A stretch of DNA of 64,000 bases from Escherichia coli (GCF_044324785.1 NZ_CP172127.1), one strand, 5' to 3'. Shown: positions 35,526 through 44,942, counted from the first letter of the stretch. The notes: generated by a model from the letters alone, not told the origin. Numbers and translations are program-made.

Positions 35526-36992
35526 ATGCTACGTATCGCTAAAGAAGCTCTGACGTTTGACGACGTTCTCCTCGTTCCTGCTCATTCTACCGTTCTGCCG
35601 AATACTGCTGACCTCAGCACCCAGCTGACGAAAACTATTCGTCTGAATATCCCTATGCTTTCCGCAGCAATGGATACCGTAACGGAAGCGCGCCTGGCTA
35701 TTGCTCTGGCTCAGGAAGGCGGTATCGGCTTTATCCACAAAAATATGTCCATTGAACGCCAGGCGGAAGAAGTTCGCCGTGTGAAAAAACACGAATCTGG
35801 CGTGGTGACTGACCCGCAGACTGTTCTGCCAACCACGACGCTGCGCGAAGTGAAAGAACTGACCGAGCGTAACGGCTTTGCGGGCTACCCGGTCGTTACC
35901 GAAGAAAACGAACTGGTGGGTATTATCACCGGTCGTGACGTACGTTTTGTTACCGACCTGAGCCAGCCGGTTAGCGTTTACATGACGCCGAAAGAACGTC
36001 TGGTCACCGTGCGTGAAGGTGAAGCCCGTGAAGTTGTGCTGGCAAAAATGCACGAAAAACGCGTTGAAAAAGCGCTGGTGGTTGATGACGAATTCCACCT
36101 GATCGGCATGATCACCGTGAAAGACTTCCAGAAAGCGGAACGTAAACCGAACGCCTGTAAAGACGAGCAAGGCCGTCTGCGTGTTGGTGCAGCGGTTGGC
36201 GCAGGTGCGGGTAACGAAGAGCGTGTCGACGCGCTGGTTGCCGCAGGCGTTGACGTTCTGCTGATCGACTCCTCTCACGGTCACTCTGAAGGCGTTCTGC
36301 AGCGTATCCGTGAAACTCGTGCTAAATATCCGGATCTGCAAATCATCGGCGGCAACGTGGCAACAGCTGCGGGGGCACGCGCTCTGGCAGAAGCTGGTTG
36401 CAGCGCGGTTAAAGTCGGTATCGGCCCTGGCTCTATCTGTACGACTCGTATCGTGACTGGCGTAGGTGTTCCGCAGATCACCGCCGTTGCTGATGCAGTA
36501 GAAGCCCTGGAAGGCACCGGTATTCCGGTTATCGCTGACGGCGGTATCCGTTTCTCAGGCGACATCGCCAAAGCTATCGCCGCTGGCGCAAGCGCGGTAA
36601 TGGTGGGTTCCATGCTGGCAGGTACTGAAGAATCTCCGGGTGAAATTGAACTCTACCAGGGCCGTTCTTACAAATCTTACCGTGGTATGGGTTCCCTGGG
36701 CGCGATGTCCAAAGGTTCTTCTGACCGTTACTTCCAGAGCGACAACGCTGCCGACAAACTGGTGCCGGAAGGTATCGAAGGTCGCGTGGCCTATAAAGGT
36801 CGCCTGAAAGAGATCATTCACCAGCAGATGGGCGGCCTGCGCTCCTGTATGGGCCTGACCGGCTGTGGTACTATCGACGAACTGCGTACTAAAGCGGAGT
36901 TTGTACGTATCAGCGGTGCGGGCATTCAGGAAAGCCACGTTCACGACGTGACCATTACTAAAGAGTCCCCGAACTACCGTCTGGGCTCCTGA
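35526..36992 (+). CDS. guaB: IMP dehydrogenase
   Basis: 488 aa from [21 protein letters not shown]; catalytic [11 protein letters not shown] loop. The upstream 23 codons of the track ORF are discarded. Confidence 0.97.
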   Translation: MLRIAKEALTFDDVLLVPAHSTVLPNTADLSTQLTKTIRLNIPMLSAAMDTVTEARLAIALAQEGGIGFIHKNMSIERQAEEVRRVKKHESGVVTDPQTVLPTTTLREVKELTERNGFAGYPVVTEENELVGIITGRDVRFVTDLSQPVSVYMTPKERLVTVREGEAREVVLAKMHEKRVEKALVVDDEFHLIGMITVKDFQKAERKPNACKDEQGRLRVGAAVGAGAGNEERVDALVAAGVDVLLIDSSHGHSEGVLQRIRETRAKYPDLQIIGGNVATAAGARALAEAGCSAVKVGIGPGSICTTRIVTGVGVPQITAVADAVEALEGTGIPVIADGGIRFSGDIAKAIAAGASAVMVGSMLAGTEESPGEIELYQGRSYKSYRGMGSLGAMSKGSSDRYFQSDNAADKLVPEGIEGRVAYKGRLKEIIHQQMGGLRSCMGLTGCGTIDELRTKAEFVRISGAGIQESHVHDVTITKESPNYRLGS

Positions 36993-37060
36993 TTCTCTTC
37001 GCCCGACTTCATGTCGGGCGATTTATATTATCTGTTTCACTTGCCTCGGAATAAGCGTCA

Positions 37061-38638
37061 ATGACGGAAAACATTCATAAGCATCGCATCCTCATTCTGG
37101 ACTTCGGTTCTCAGTACACTCAACTGGTTGCGCGCCGCGTGCGTGAACTGGGTGTTTACTGCGAACTGTGGGCGTGGGATGTGACAGAAGCACAAATTCG
37201 TGACTTCAACCCAAGCGGCATTATTCTTTCCGGCGGCCCGGAAAGCACCACCGAAGAAAACAGCCCGCGTGCGCCGCAGTATGTTTTTGAAGCAGGCGTA
37301 CCGGTATTCGGCGTTTGCTATGGCATGCAGACCATGGCAATGCAGTTGGGCGGTCACGTTGAAGCCTCTAACGAACGTGAATTTGGCTACGCGCAGGTTG
37401 AAGTCGTAAACGACAGCGCACTGGTTCGCGGTATTGAAGATGCTCTGACCGCAGACGGTAAACCTCTGCTCGATGTCTGGATGAGCCACGGCGATAAAGT
37501 TACCGCTATCCCGTCCGACTTCGTCACCGTAGCCAGCACCGAAAGCTGCCCGTTTGCCATTATGGCTAACGAAGAAAAACGCTTCTATGGCGTACAGTTC
37601 CACCCGGAAGTGACTCACACCCGCCAGGGTATGCGCATGCTGGAGCGTTTTGTGCGTGATATCTGCCAGTGTGAAGCCCTGTGGACGCCAGCGAAAATTA
37701 TCGACGATGCTGTAGCTCGCATCCGCGAGCAGGTAGGCGACGATAAAGTCATCCTCGGCCTCTCTGGTGGTGTGGATTCCTCCGTAACCGCAATGCTGCT
37801 GCACCGCGCTATCGGTAAAAACCTGACTTGCGTATTCGTCGATAACGGCCTGCTGCGTCTCAACGAAGCAGAGCAGGTTCTGGATATGTTTGGCGATCAC
37901 TTTGGTCTCAATATTGTTCACGTTCCGGCAGAAGATCGCTTCCTGTCAGCGCTGGCTGGCGAAAACGATCCGGAAGCAAAACGTAAAATCATCGGGCGCG
38001 TTTTCGTTGAAGTATTCGATGAAGAAGCGCTGAAACTGGAAGACGTGAAGTGGCTGGCGCAGGGCACTATCTACCCTGACGTTATCGAATCTGCGGCGTC
38101 TGCAACCGGTAAAGCGCACGTCATCAAATCTCACCACAACGTGGGCGGCCTGCCGAAAGAGATGAAGATGGGCCTGGTTGAACCGCTGAAAGAGCTGTTC
38201 AAAGACGAAGTGCGTAAGATTGGTCTGGAGCTGGGCCTGCCGTACGACATGCTGTACCGTCACCCGTTCCCGGGACCAGGCCTTGGCGTTCGTGTTCTGG
38301 GTGAAGTGAAGAAAGAGTACTGCGACCTGCTGCGCCGTGCTGACGCCATCTTCATTGAAGAACTGCGTAAAGCGGACCTGTACGACAAAGTCAGCCAGGC
38401 GTTCACCGTCTTCCTGCCAGTACGTTCTGTTGGTGTAATGGGCGATGGTCGTAAGTATGACTGGGTTGTTTCTCTGCGTGCTGTCGAAACCATCGACTTT
38501 ATGACTGCACACTGGGCGCATCTGCCGTACGATTTCCTCGGTCGCGTTTCCAACCGCATTATCAATGAAGTGAACGGTATTTCCCGCGTGGTGTATGACA
38601 TCAGCGGCAAGCCACCAGCTACCATTGAGTGGGAATGA
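37061..38638 (+). CDS. guaA: GMP synthase (glutamine-hydrolysing)
   Basis: 525 aa, [33 protein letters not shown]; ends PPATIEWE. Confidence 0.97.
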   Translation: MTENIHKHRILILDFGSQYTQLVARRVRELGVYCELWAWDVTEAQIRDFNPSGIILSGGPESTTEENSPRAPQYVFEAGVPVFGVCYGMQTMAMQLGGHVEASNEREFGYAQVEVVNDSALVRGIEDALTADGKPLLDVWMSHGDKVTAIPSDFVTVASTESCPFAIMANEEKRFYGVQFHPEVTHTRQGMRMLERFVRDICQCEALWTPAKIIDDAVARIREQVGDDKVILGLSGGVDSSVTAMLLHRAIGKNLTCVFVDNGLLRLNEAEQVLDMFGDHFGLNIVHVPAEDRFLSALAGENDPEAKRKIIGRVFVEVFDEEALKLEDVKWLAQGTIYPDVIESAASATGKAHVIKSHHNVGGLPKEMKMGLVEPLKELFKDEVRKIGLELGLPYDMLYRHPFPGPGLGVRVLGEVKKEYCDLLRRADAIFIEELRKADLYDKVSQAFTVFLPVRSVGVMGDGRKYDWVVSLRAVETIDFMTAHWAHLPYDFLGRVSNRIINEVNGISRVVYDISGKPPATIEWE

Positions 38639-38684
38639 TTAACAGCTAACTCATAGCAACTCATTCCTATTCAGATACTAATTT

Positions 38685-38711
38685 AACCCTCTGTTTTTAC
38701 AGAGGGTTTTT
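38685..38711 (+). terminator. guaA intrinsic terminator
   Basis: aaccctctg-ttttta-cagagggtt followed by ttttt. Confidence 0.75.
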
Positions 38712-38773
38712 GTTTTTATGTATTCATTTCTATTCACTCTACACCATATTTTTCGGCGGTACAGGTGACGGTA

Positions 38774-38788
38774 TTACCTTAAAGGTAT
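38774..38788. promoter_or_regulatory. TTACC-N5-GGTAA-type palindrome, one mismatch (TTACCttaaaGGTAT), upstream of int
   Basis: Read directly. Nested inside an 8-bp inverted repeat gacggtat (38767-38774) / ataccgtc (38795-38802). Confidence 0.45.
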
Positions 38789-38830
38789 ACTCTCATACCG
38801 TCATGAAAATGGTTTCTATACGGGTGAATT

Positions 38831-40081
38831 GTGCTTACCGATACAAAATTAAAAAACCTCAAGCCGCAGGACAAACTGTACAAGGTCTCCGATCGTGACG
38901 GGCTGTATGTAGCTGTGCTTACGTCAGGCACGGTCTCGTTTCGCTATGACTACCGTATCAACGGTCGCCGCGAAACACTGGTAATTGGGCAGTATGGGCG
39001 TGACGGTATCAGCCTGGCAGAAGCGCGAGAAGAACTGATTGCTGCAAAGAAGCTGCTTAAAGCAGGCCAGTCACCGGCTGCGGCTAAACGTGACGGTATT
39101 AAAAAGATTCGTGGTGCCGAGACGTTTGCGGTACATACCGACAGTTATATGAAACACGTCATCCTGGCTGACAGTACCCGCGCAATGAAGCAGGCGGTGA
39201 TCGACCGTGACATACTTCCGGTTCTTGGCAACAAAATGATGGCTGAAATTACCACATCAATGGTTCGTGATTTGTGTGACCGGATTGTCGAACGCGGTGG
39301 TCGGGCAACAGCAGTACAGGCCAGGGAGATCATCAGCAGCGTATACCGTCACGCCAATGACCGTGGTCATGGTTTGTTTAATCCTGCGGCTGACATTAAA
39401 CCTTCGTCTATCGCCATATTTAAACCACGAGAGCGAACACTGACACCAGAAGAAATTGGCCTGTTCTTCCGCACGCTGGATGCCATTGGTGCTATGGGCA
39501 CTATGAAAATGGCTTTAAAGCTGGTGCTTATCACCATGGTTCGTAAGGGAGAATTCACCAATGCAACGTGGGATGAAATAGATTTTAAAAAATGGACATG
39601 GACAATTCCTTCAGACCGCATGAAGGGAAGTCGGGCGCACGTTATTTACCTGCCTAAACAGGCACAGGATATATTAGTCGGGTTGCAGATGTGCGCTGGT
39701 GGAAGTGAATATCTGGTTCCTGGTCGTTACAATTTCCGGAAGCCATTATCTAATGCCGCGCTGAACTCTCTGATCGACAGAACGGTGAAAATAATAAATG
39801 AAGATGGTGAGCATATTCAGGACTTCACTGTACATGATATGCGCCGTACAGCCAGTACGTTGTTGCATGAGGCTGGTTATCCTTCAGACTGGATTGAAAA
39901 GGCTCTGGCACATGAGCAGAAAGGTGTGCGCGCCGTATATAACAAAGCGGAATACGCCAGACAGCGCGCCTACATGTTGCAGCAGTGGGCCGATATGATT
40001 GATTCCTGGATTAACGGGGAGCATACAGATCTGATTCCGTTCTCCCCGTCGAAGTTTGAGAAGTGGATAGCGGGGGAATAA
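38831..40081 (+). CDS. int: Tyrosine integrase, P4-type (DUF4102 arm-binding N-terminus)
   Basis: 416 aa, GTG start, MLTDTKLKNLKPQDKLYKVSDRDGLYVAV...; C-terminal HDMRRT...ALAHE...Y catalytic signature. Confidence 0.9.
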   Translation: MLTDTKLKNLKPQDKLYKVSDRDGLYVAVLTSGTVSFRYDYRINGRRETLVIGQYGRDGISLAEAREELIAAKKLLKAGQSPAAAKRDGIKKIRGAETFAVHTDSYMKHVILADSTRAMKQAVIDRDILPVLGNKMMAEITTSMVRDLCDRIVERGGRATAVQAREIISSVYRHANDRGHGLFNPAADIKPSSIAIFKPRERTLTPEEIGLFFRTLDAIGAMGTMKMALKLVLITMVRKGEFTNATWDEIDFKKWTWTIPSDRMKGSRAHVIYLPKQAQDILVGLQMCAGGSEYLVPGRYNFRKPLSNAALNSLIDRTVKIINEDGEHIQDFTVHDMRRTASTLLHEAGYPSDWIEKALAHEQKGVRAVYNKAEYARQRAYMLQQWADMIDSWINGEHTDLIPFSPSKFEKWIAGE

Positions 40082-40114
40082 TTTTGCCCGACACATCCCT
40101 GTGCCGCCGTTCTG

Positions 40115-40765
40115 TCAGAAGAACCCTGCCTTGTCGTTGATGTACTCCGCGTGAGTCTGGATATCACGCAGGCATTTGCTCACACCGACGATGTAGCAGA
40201 ACATGGTGGTCAGCTCCGCCGCCGCGCCCGATACGTCGTGCCCGTCGTCCTGTAACTGGTTCAGCAGATTCATCAGCAGTGAGTGCTCCGTCAGGCCGAG
40301 AACACCAGACGGCGAGTGAATCAGGCTGCGGTAGCCGGGCTTCAGTGGGGCACTGTATTCTTTTTTGTCTTCCAGCTTGATCGCCTCCATAATGGCGGGC
40401 ATGAAGCCTGACAAGACCTTCTCCACTTTTGTTTCTTGTTGTCTTAAACGTTTCTCGCATTCAATGAAGTAGCGTCGTACCTGACGACCTTTTTCATTAC
40501 GCTCGACCATCGCCAGCTCTTTGGCTGTATCGAGGGTGAGGTGGTAGTCTTTTGCAGGACGGCCTCTGCCTATTTTTTCCCGAACTTGGGAAATAATCAT
40601 AAAGTCTTGATTTTCAACGAAACCATATTCAGCAATTCGTTCGACAATCCACGAAGCAAATCGCTTACCCACATCGAGGAAAGTGTGTAAATCACGGGCA
40701 TTAACGAGAAGAGCGGTTTCGTTGGATAGAGTGCCGTTGAATACGGGGATGAGTTGACTGGTCAT
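40115..40765 (-). CDS. AntA-domain phage antirepressor-like protein
   Basis: 216 aa; the N-terminus LVNARDLHTFLDVGKRFASWIVERIAEYGFVENQDFMI is typical of AntA/AntB antirepressors; strong SD caggagg. Confidence 0.7.
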   Translation of the reverse strand: MTSQLIPVFNGTLSNETALLVNARDLHTFLDVGKRFASWIVERIAEYGFVENQDFMIISQVREKIGRGRPAKDYHLTLDTAKELAMVERNEKGRQVRRYFIECEKRLRQQETKVEKVLSGFMPAIMEAIKLEDKKEYSAPLKPGYRSLIHSPSGVLGLTEHSLLMNLLNQLQDDGHDVSGAAAELTTMFCYIVGVSKCLRDIQTHAEYINDKAGFF

Positions 40766-40937
40766 GATGACCTCCTGTTTGTTTTTAGTTACGAAAACCA
40801 GTTAGTAGCTGGTGATCGGGTGTCAACTAGAGCACAAACAGTAGCTCCGGGCATATTCCCCTTTCGGGTGTTGTATTACGCCTCTCCACCCGACCTTTGT
40901 ACGGATGTGACTATGCCAGATTGCAGGCATAAAAAAG

Positions 40938-40958
40938 CCGCAAAGCTATCGGGTGCGG
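40938..40958 (-). terminator. Weak intrinsic terminator candidate in the ant leader
   Basis: Minus strand ccgca-N11-tgcgg followed by cttttttat (T-run = plus 40931-40936). Only a 5-bp stem. Confidence 0.3.
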
Positions 40959-41089
40959 ATGACCGCTGTTTGTTTTCTAGTGCGGTCAGTATGCGATAGC
41001 TCTGGCGGCATTGTCAAATCATGCGCCATTGAGTCCAGCAATCTCTGCAATACCAATAGCGAGATAATCGCGATTCGTCAGGCGTGATT

Positions 41090-41338
41090 TTATTGCATAT
41101 GTCTTAGCTCCACTGAAGTTTTGATTTTATATGGGTTGCCTTTTACCTCAATAACACGATGAGGATCATTTTTTAGTTCTTCCGCAATCTTCCGTAATTT
41201 TCTAACAGCTGAACTGCGGTGTTTATAACGGTAAGTTACAGTTTCTTTTCTGTGCAATACCTCATCATTGTGGAACTTAGTCAAAACCATGACGACTTCA
41301 AACCTGACGCCGTTGTGTGCAACCATAATCTGCTTCAT
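41090..41338 (-). CDS. Hypothetical 82-aa protein, translationally coupled to the methylase
   Basis: ATG at 41338 overlaps the methylase TGA (ATGA). MKQIMVAHNGVRFEVVMVLTKFHNDEV... The longer 122-aa track ORF would overlap the methylase. Confidence 0.55.
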   Translation of the reverse strand: MKQIMVAHNGVRFEVVMVLTKFHNDEVLHRKETVTYRYKHRSSAVRKLRKIAEELKNDPHRVIEVKGNPYKIKTSVELRHMQ

Positions 41339-41985
41339 GCTGCACGCTCCCGTCCCTGGTTGTCTGTTGGTGACAGCGGAGCATTGCTGAATGCATTTGT
41401 TAATCCGCCAATATCCAACGCGTATCCGGGGTGTAGTTGCACTGCCGGGTCTTCGCACTGATTACCCCAAACATCGAAGCCATGAGACGTCTGGCGGGCG
41501 AACAGTTCAATGCGAGAAACATCGCCTAACAATTGCACAAGTTTTTCACGAACGACATCTGGTTTTCTTGAATGCTCAAGCCGCGGTGCGGTAAATGACT
41601 GAACGATCCCTGCATTAATGCGCGGAGGTAGTTTTCCCTTAACTGCAAACAGGCAATCTTCACTATTGGCGCGAGTCATGTGTCCCATACCCATAACCAG
41701 TTTATCTGGTTGTCGACTACCACATTTTATCCACGTGAAGCCCTTCATGGTCATCAGACGGAACCCCCAGGCTTCAACAACTTTTAGTGCTTCGAGTGGT
41801 TGTGTTGGCACCCACCACATGGCCAACAGACAGTTTTCATCGGCCAAATCCCACACAGGAAGGCGGCAGATATCCATCACACTCATAACCGGATATTTAA
41901 AACCGGCACCGCGATTACCATCTGCGGCTTTGTCCCGGTATACCCAGGGTGGATCTGCATAGATTAGTGTGTATTTCTTAGTCAT
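41335..41985 (-). CDS. MT-A70-family N6-adenine DNA methyltransferase (orphan)
   Basis: 216 aa with catalytic DPPW (LIYADPPWVY). No adjacent restriction endonuclease gene. Confidence 0.85.
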   Translation of the reverse strand: MTKKYTLIYADPPWVYRDKAADGNRGAGFKYPVMSVMDICRLPVWDLADENCLLAMWWVPTQPLEALKVVEAWGFRLMTMKGFTWIKCGSRQPDKLVMGMGHMTRANSEDCLFAVKGKLPPRINAGIVQSFTAPRLEHSRKPDVVREKLVQLLGDVSRIELFARQTSHGFDVWGNQCEDPAVQLHPGYALDIGGLTNAFSNAPLSPTDNQGRERAA

Positions 41986-42277
41986 AAACCACCCCGCAAC
42001 ATCCTATACCGCTATAGTCTCCACGGCGAAGGCCGTTACCTTTTGTGATACATTGGTCCCTGCGAACCGCGATCCTTGCACGCTCAACATCACCAGAAGC
42101 AACATCCATACACTGAAGCCAAAGGTGAGCGGCAATGCGGAACTGCCCTTTTTTCTCTCTTTCAATCGCGCGTTTTTCGATCTCTATCGCCGCAGGAGTA
42201 ACGGCGACAATCTTTGACGGACTGCGCATTGAAACCTTATTCATGTGATATTTTTCAAGTCGGCTTAACTTTCTCAC
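41978..42277 (-). CDS. Small regulator-like protein (ANR/PerC-like by eye)
   Basis: 99 aa; the segment EREKKGQFRIAAHLWLQCMDVASGDVERARIAVRRDQC resembles PerC/ANR-family helices. Overlaps the methylase start by 8 nt. Confidence 0.4.
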   Translation of the reverse strand: MRKLSRLEKYHMNKVSMRSPSKIVAVTPAAIEIEKRAIEREKKGQFRIAAHLWLQCMDVASGDVERARIAVRRDQCITKGNGLRRGDYSGIGCCGVVYD

Positions 42278-42361
42278 TTAATCCAACCCTCTCTGAAAAT
42301 TAATGCCAGCAGATAAAGCCATGCTGAAACAGAGGCCAGGAATAAGTACCATCCTGACCAT
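42278..42361 (-). CDS. 27-aa hydrophobic peptide candidate
   Basis: Hand translation MVRMVLIPGLCFSMALSAGINFQRGLD. Its TAA abuts the GTG of the next gene. Weak SD. Below the track cutoff. Confidence 0.3.
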   Translation of the reverse strand: MVRMVLIPGLCFSMALSAGINFQRGLD

Positions 42362-42386
42362 TTGATCCAGTGCCTTAGCAGCGCAC

Positions 42387-42635
42387 TCATGCAGCGTTGC
42401 TCACGGGACGATATACACGTTGCTGAACAGGAGGTTTTTTACCCTGGAACTCTGCCGGGCTTGCTGCCTGACGTTCATCAAGCCAACGCTCAACTTCATC
42501 ACGGTTCCATGCGCAGCGTTTATCGGTGATATACCAGCGTTTAGGAAATTCCCCTGCGCGCTCCATACGGTCGATAGTGCTCCATGACAGTGGCACCACC
42601 GCCAGGAGTTCTTTCTTACCTAATGCACCTTTCAT
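42387..42635 (-). CDS. AlpA-family regulator / excisionase-like protein
   Basis: 82 aa; LLAVVPLSWSTIDRMERAGEFPKRWYITDKRCAWNRDEVERWL is the AlpA/Xis winged-helix pattern. Confidence 0.8.
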   Translation of the reverse strand: MKGALGKKELLAVVPLSWSTIDRMERAGEFPKRWYITDKRCAWNRDEVERWLDERQAASPAEFQGKKPPVQQRVYRPVSNAA

Positions 42636-42654
42636 GAATACCTCTCTTGGTTGC

Positions 42655-42673
42655 AGTGCGGCGCACGTGGCGC
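42655..42673. other. GC-rich stem-loop between recT-like and alpA-like genes
   Basis: gcggcgc-acgtg-gcgccgc, 7-bp GC stem, no T-run. Confidence 0.4.
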
Positions 42674-42684
42674 CGCGGTGGTGG

Positions 42685-43566
42685 TTACATAGATGTTTCG
42701 TTTAATTCTTCCCGACGAACGCTGTAAACGTCGGTTGCTTTTGCCAGCAGTTCGTCATCATCTGAAAGTTTTTGTGCAATGTATTTGTAAGCCTTATCCA
42801 GTTCGGAGACAGTGCTGTAATTCATCGCTGCGCTGGTAAAGGCCATCAGCATTTCTTCTGGATCACGGCTATCCTCTTTACGCGTTTGCTCATCAGGCTT
42901 TTTCATTGGTTTAGCGTTGATCAGACTGTTCATTCCCGCAGCAGTAGTTGTTTGCGGAGTAATGTCTCGTTCAACGCGCGGTGCCGTTTCCTGTAATTCG
43001 TCAGGGGTGTAAACACCGAGAAGTACATCAGGAGCGTGCAGGCGAGCCCATCGTTTCGTGCAAAGATAGGCAAGCTGCTGGCGCGGATCCTGTTCCCACA
43101 ATGGAGAGTTACGCACTCCGGCTTGCGCCATACTGATGGTAAGCTCACGTGGTTCTGCTTCTCCTTTAAGAACTGCTGACACAGTTACCGTCAGATTCGG
43201 TGATTTATCTGTTTTGCCGTTAACATTCGACCAGTCACCGCTCCAGCGATAATTCAGGCGTGTCGCCAGCAGGCTGGAAGAGGATACGACCGCGTTTACC
43301 AACTGTGCTTCGTAGCCTAACGTTCCGTTTACCACATGCGTTTTCTGCGCCACGGCGAAAGGGTTCATTCCCCACTGTGCCGCCTGCATGGTCACCGCCA
43401 GGCAATCGGCAGGTTTGCCTTCAAGATGTTTCGGTACAGTCGCTTTGCTTTGTGACATCAACTCAGCGAAACGCACCAGTTGATTCATGCCCTCGGGGCT
43501 GAAGATTGCCGCAGCAGTGCCTACAGTTGCGCCTGGTTGTGATGTGATTGCGATATCATTGCTCAT
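42685..43566 (-). CDS. recT: RecT-family single-strand annealing protein
   Basis: 293 aa; QLVRFAELMSQSKATVPKHLEGKPADCLAVTMQAAQWGMNPFAVAQKTHVVNG is RecT-like; coupled to the upstream exonuclease gene. Confidence 0.85.
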   Translation of the reverse strand: MSNDIAITSQPGATVGTAAAIFSPEGMNQLVRFAELMSQSKATVPKHLEGKPADCLAVTMQAAQWGMNPFAVAQKTHVVNGTLGYEAQLVNAVVSSSSLLATRLNYRWSGDWSNVNGKTDKSPNLTVTVSAVLKGEAEPRELTISMAQAGVRNSPLWEQDPRQQLAYLCTKRWARLHAPDVLLGVYTPDELQETAPRVERDITPQTTTAAGMNSLINAKPMKKPDEQTRKEDSRDPEEMLMAFTSAAMNYSTVSELDKAYKYIAQKLSDDDELLAKATDVYSVRREELNETSM

Positions 43567-44384
43567 ACGTACATATCCTGTTTACGTGCCCAGTCAGGGC
43601 GTTTAATAATTTCCACTCCGCCCCACTCATCGTTGATGCGGCATTCGTGATAGGTATTCAGATCCCGGCGGAACAGAGCGTGCCCGGCATCGACATCCGG
43701 CGCATCCAGCTCGAACACGCGTACCGGATACCGACCACAATCAATGCTTTCGCTCACGGCAAGAAAGAAAAAACCATGCGGCTGACCAGTAACCCTCATT
43801 GCGCCTTCGCGGTACATTGCGTCCTGCACGTGGTAGCGGAATTCCTCGATGTGACGTGCAAAACGGTCCATATCTGCAACCTTTTTCACGTCGATGATCA
43901 CGTTGTGCTCGTTCAGCCATTTGTCTGGACGAATTCGGCACAACTCACCCGTCTCTTCATCGTTCCAGTACATTGACGCTTCGCAGTAACCAGGTGCTTC
44001 CAACATCCAGCGTGCCGCCGGGTGAGCCATTGCGCTATCACGCATCAGCTCCAGTTTCCGCCACTGCTCTTCATCAAGTACCGAAATACCCATATCCGCC
44101 ACATCACGAAGAAATGCCTCTTCGTCAGCTTTACCTTGTTTCGTCCGACGATCGAATTTCGGTGAAACAATGAAGCGTTTGTCGAACTCTCCAGGCTCCA
44201 GAAGCAGACAGTGCAATGCGGTTCCCATATCCAGTGCAGACTTTTTCTCTTCGTCTTCTGGTGCTGCCTGAATCCATTTAAGAAGCGCCGGATTCTTGGC
44301 AACCATGTCCAGTTGCGACTTACTCACGCCGTCACCGGCGTGGTAGTCTTCGTTGCTGATGTCGAAATAAATTCCCGGTTTCAT
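43563..44384 (-). CDS. RecE-type (PD-(D/E)XK, DUF3799-like) exonuclease
   Basis: 273 aa, MKPGIYFDISNEDYHAGDGVSKSQL...; 4-nt overlap with the recT-like start. Confidence 0.75.
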   Translation of the reverse strand: MKPGIYFDISNEDYHAGDGVSKSQLDMVAKNPALLKWIQAAPEDEEKKSALDMGTALHCLLLEPGEFDKRFIVSPKFDRRTKQGKADEEAFLRDVADMGISVLDEEQWRKLELMRDSAMAHPAARWMLEAPGYCEASMYWNDEETGELCRIRPDKWLNEHNVIIDVKKVADMDRFARHIEEFRYHVQDAMYREGAMRVTGQPHGFFFLAVSESIDCGRYPVRVFELDAPDVDAGHALFRRDLNTYHECRINDEWGGVEIIKRPDWARKQDMYV

Positions 44385-44680
44385 GCCGCGTCCCTCTGTC
44401 CATCAAGCTGATCAGCCAGATCCCAGCGGGCGATAATTGCCATTGCCTCTCGCCGATAGGCATCCATCAGTTCTTCGAACTCAGGGCTGTCTTTAGCAGC
44501 CTCCAGTACTTCCTGACGAACGCCTTTGCCTGTTACAACGTCGAAAGTTGAGGACAGTTGATGAAGCCGGATACTCTCAATCAGTTCTACTTGTCGGTCA
44601 TATAGCTGTTCTGACAGTCGGTAGTCCTTGTCGAATGCCTGCATGATTTTTTGAAGATTTTTCTGCTGATTAACGTTCAT
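44381..44680 (-). CDS. Hypothetical helical protein (99 aa)
   Basis: Start at ATG 44680 (MNVNQQKNLQKIM) behind SD gggaggg; 4-nt overlap with the exonuclease start. Confidence 0.6.
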   Translation of the reverse strand: MNVNQQKNLQKIMQAFDKDYRLSEQLYDRQVELIESIRLHQLSSTFDVVTGKGVRQEVLEAAKDSPEFEELMDAYRREAMAIIARWDLADQLDGQRDAA

Positions 44681-44682
44681 TA

Positions 44683-44835
44683 TCAGCCCTCCCATATCTC
44701 GTTATCGTTGGCCACATCGCGAGCTTCTTTGCTGACGAAAGCCCACTTAATGCCTTCCTGTAAGGTGCGGAACTTCCAGCTCATGAATCCGCATGCAGTA
44801 ACGCAGTACCAACCGTTGATGATTTTCCACTGCAT
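44683..44835 (-). CDS. Hypothetical 50-aa Trp-rich protein, first gene of the early-left operon
   Basis: Hand translation MQWKIINGWYCVTACGFMSWKFRTLQEGIKWAFVSKEARDVANDNEIWEG; SD gaggt 8 nt upstream. Not in the ORF track (<60 aa). Confidence 0.5.
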   Translation of the reverse strand: MQWKIINGWYCVTACGFMSWKFRTLQEGIKWAFVSKEARDVANDNEIWEG

Positions 44836-44854
44836 AACTTGTTACCTCGGTCTG

Positions 44855-44869
44855 TTACCGTTGAGGTAA
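44855..44869. promoter_or_regulatory. Operator-like palindrome TTACCgttgaGGTAA (perfect), OL-proximal
   Basis: Read directly; immediately downstream of the early-left promoter -10. Confidence 0.6.
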
Positions 44870-44897
44870 TAATTATGCGTATATGGTTTGATGTCAA
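44869..44897 (-). promoter_or_regulatory. Early-left promoter candidate
   Basis: Minus strand TTGACA (44897-44892), 17 nt, AATTAT (44874-44869). Flanked by two palindromes. Confidence 0.45.
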
Positions 44898-44916
44898 TAG
44901 ATATGAGTTAAAAAAA

Positions 44917-44931
44917 TTACCCGTTAGGTAA
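44917..44931. promoter_or_regulatory. Operator-like palindrome TTACCcgttaGGTAA (perfect), OL-distal
   Basis: Read directly; upstream of the -35 of the early-left promoter. Confidence 0.6.
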
Positions 44932-44942
44932 TCGAATAGGCA

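Noticed and set aside
35529-36341. 270-aa minus-strand ORF inside guaB. Similar long antisense ORFs occur at 37058-37921 and 37946-38521 in guaA, 19840-20577 in bamB, 13055-13582 in ndk, 16211-16678 in ispG and 9596-10186 in yfhM.
   Set aside because: They lie entirely antisense to strongly recognisable conserved genes. They have odd compositions (Arg/His/Phe-rich) and no RBS context. These are typical shadow ORFs of GC-balanced coding DNA.
40798-40826. TTGACA at 40826-40821 as a dedicated promoter for the ant-like gene
   Set aside because: No acceptable -10 lies at 16-18 nt (TAACTG / AACTGG). The gene is more likely reached from the upstream promoter at ~41012 or by operon readthrough.
40827-40980. 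CTGT-containing arms upstream of the ant-like gene as LexA (SOS) boxes
   Set aside because: Neither arm fits CTG-N10-CAG (ctgtttgttttcTAG, ctagagcacaaaCAG). I saw no good SOS box elsewhere in the leader.
44855-44869. TTACC-N5-GGTAA read as an RNA hairpin (lambda boxB-like 5-bp stem plus pentaloop) for an antiterminator
   Set aside because: The loop sequences are all different, the element is strand-symmetric, and several copies overlap promoter hexamers rather than lying inside transcripts. A DNA operator is more parsimonious, but an RNA role cannot be excluded without data.
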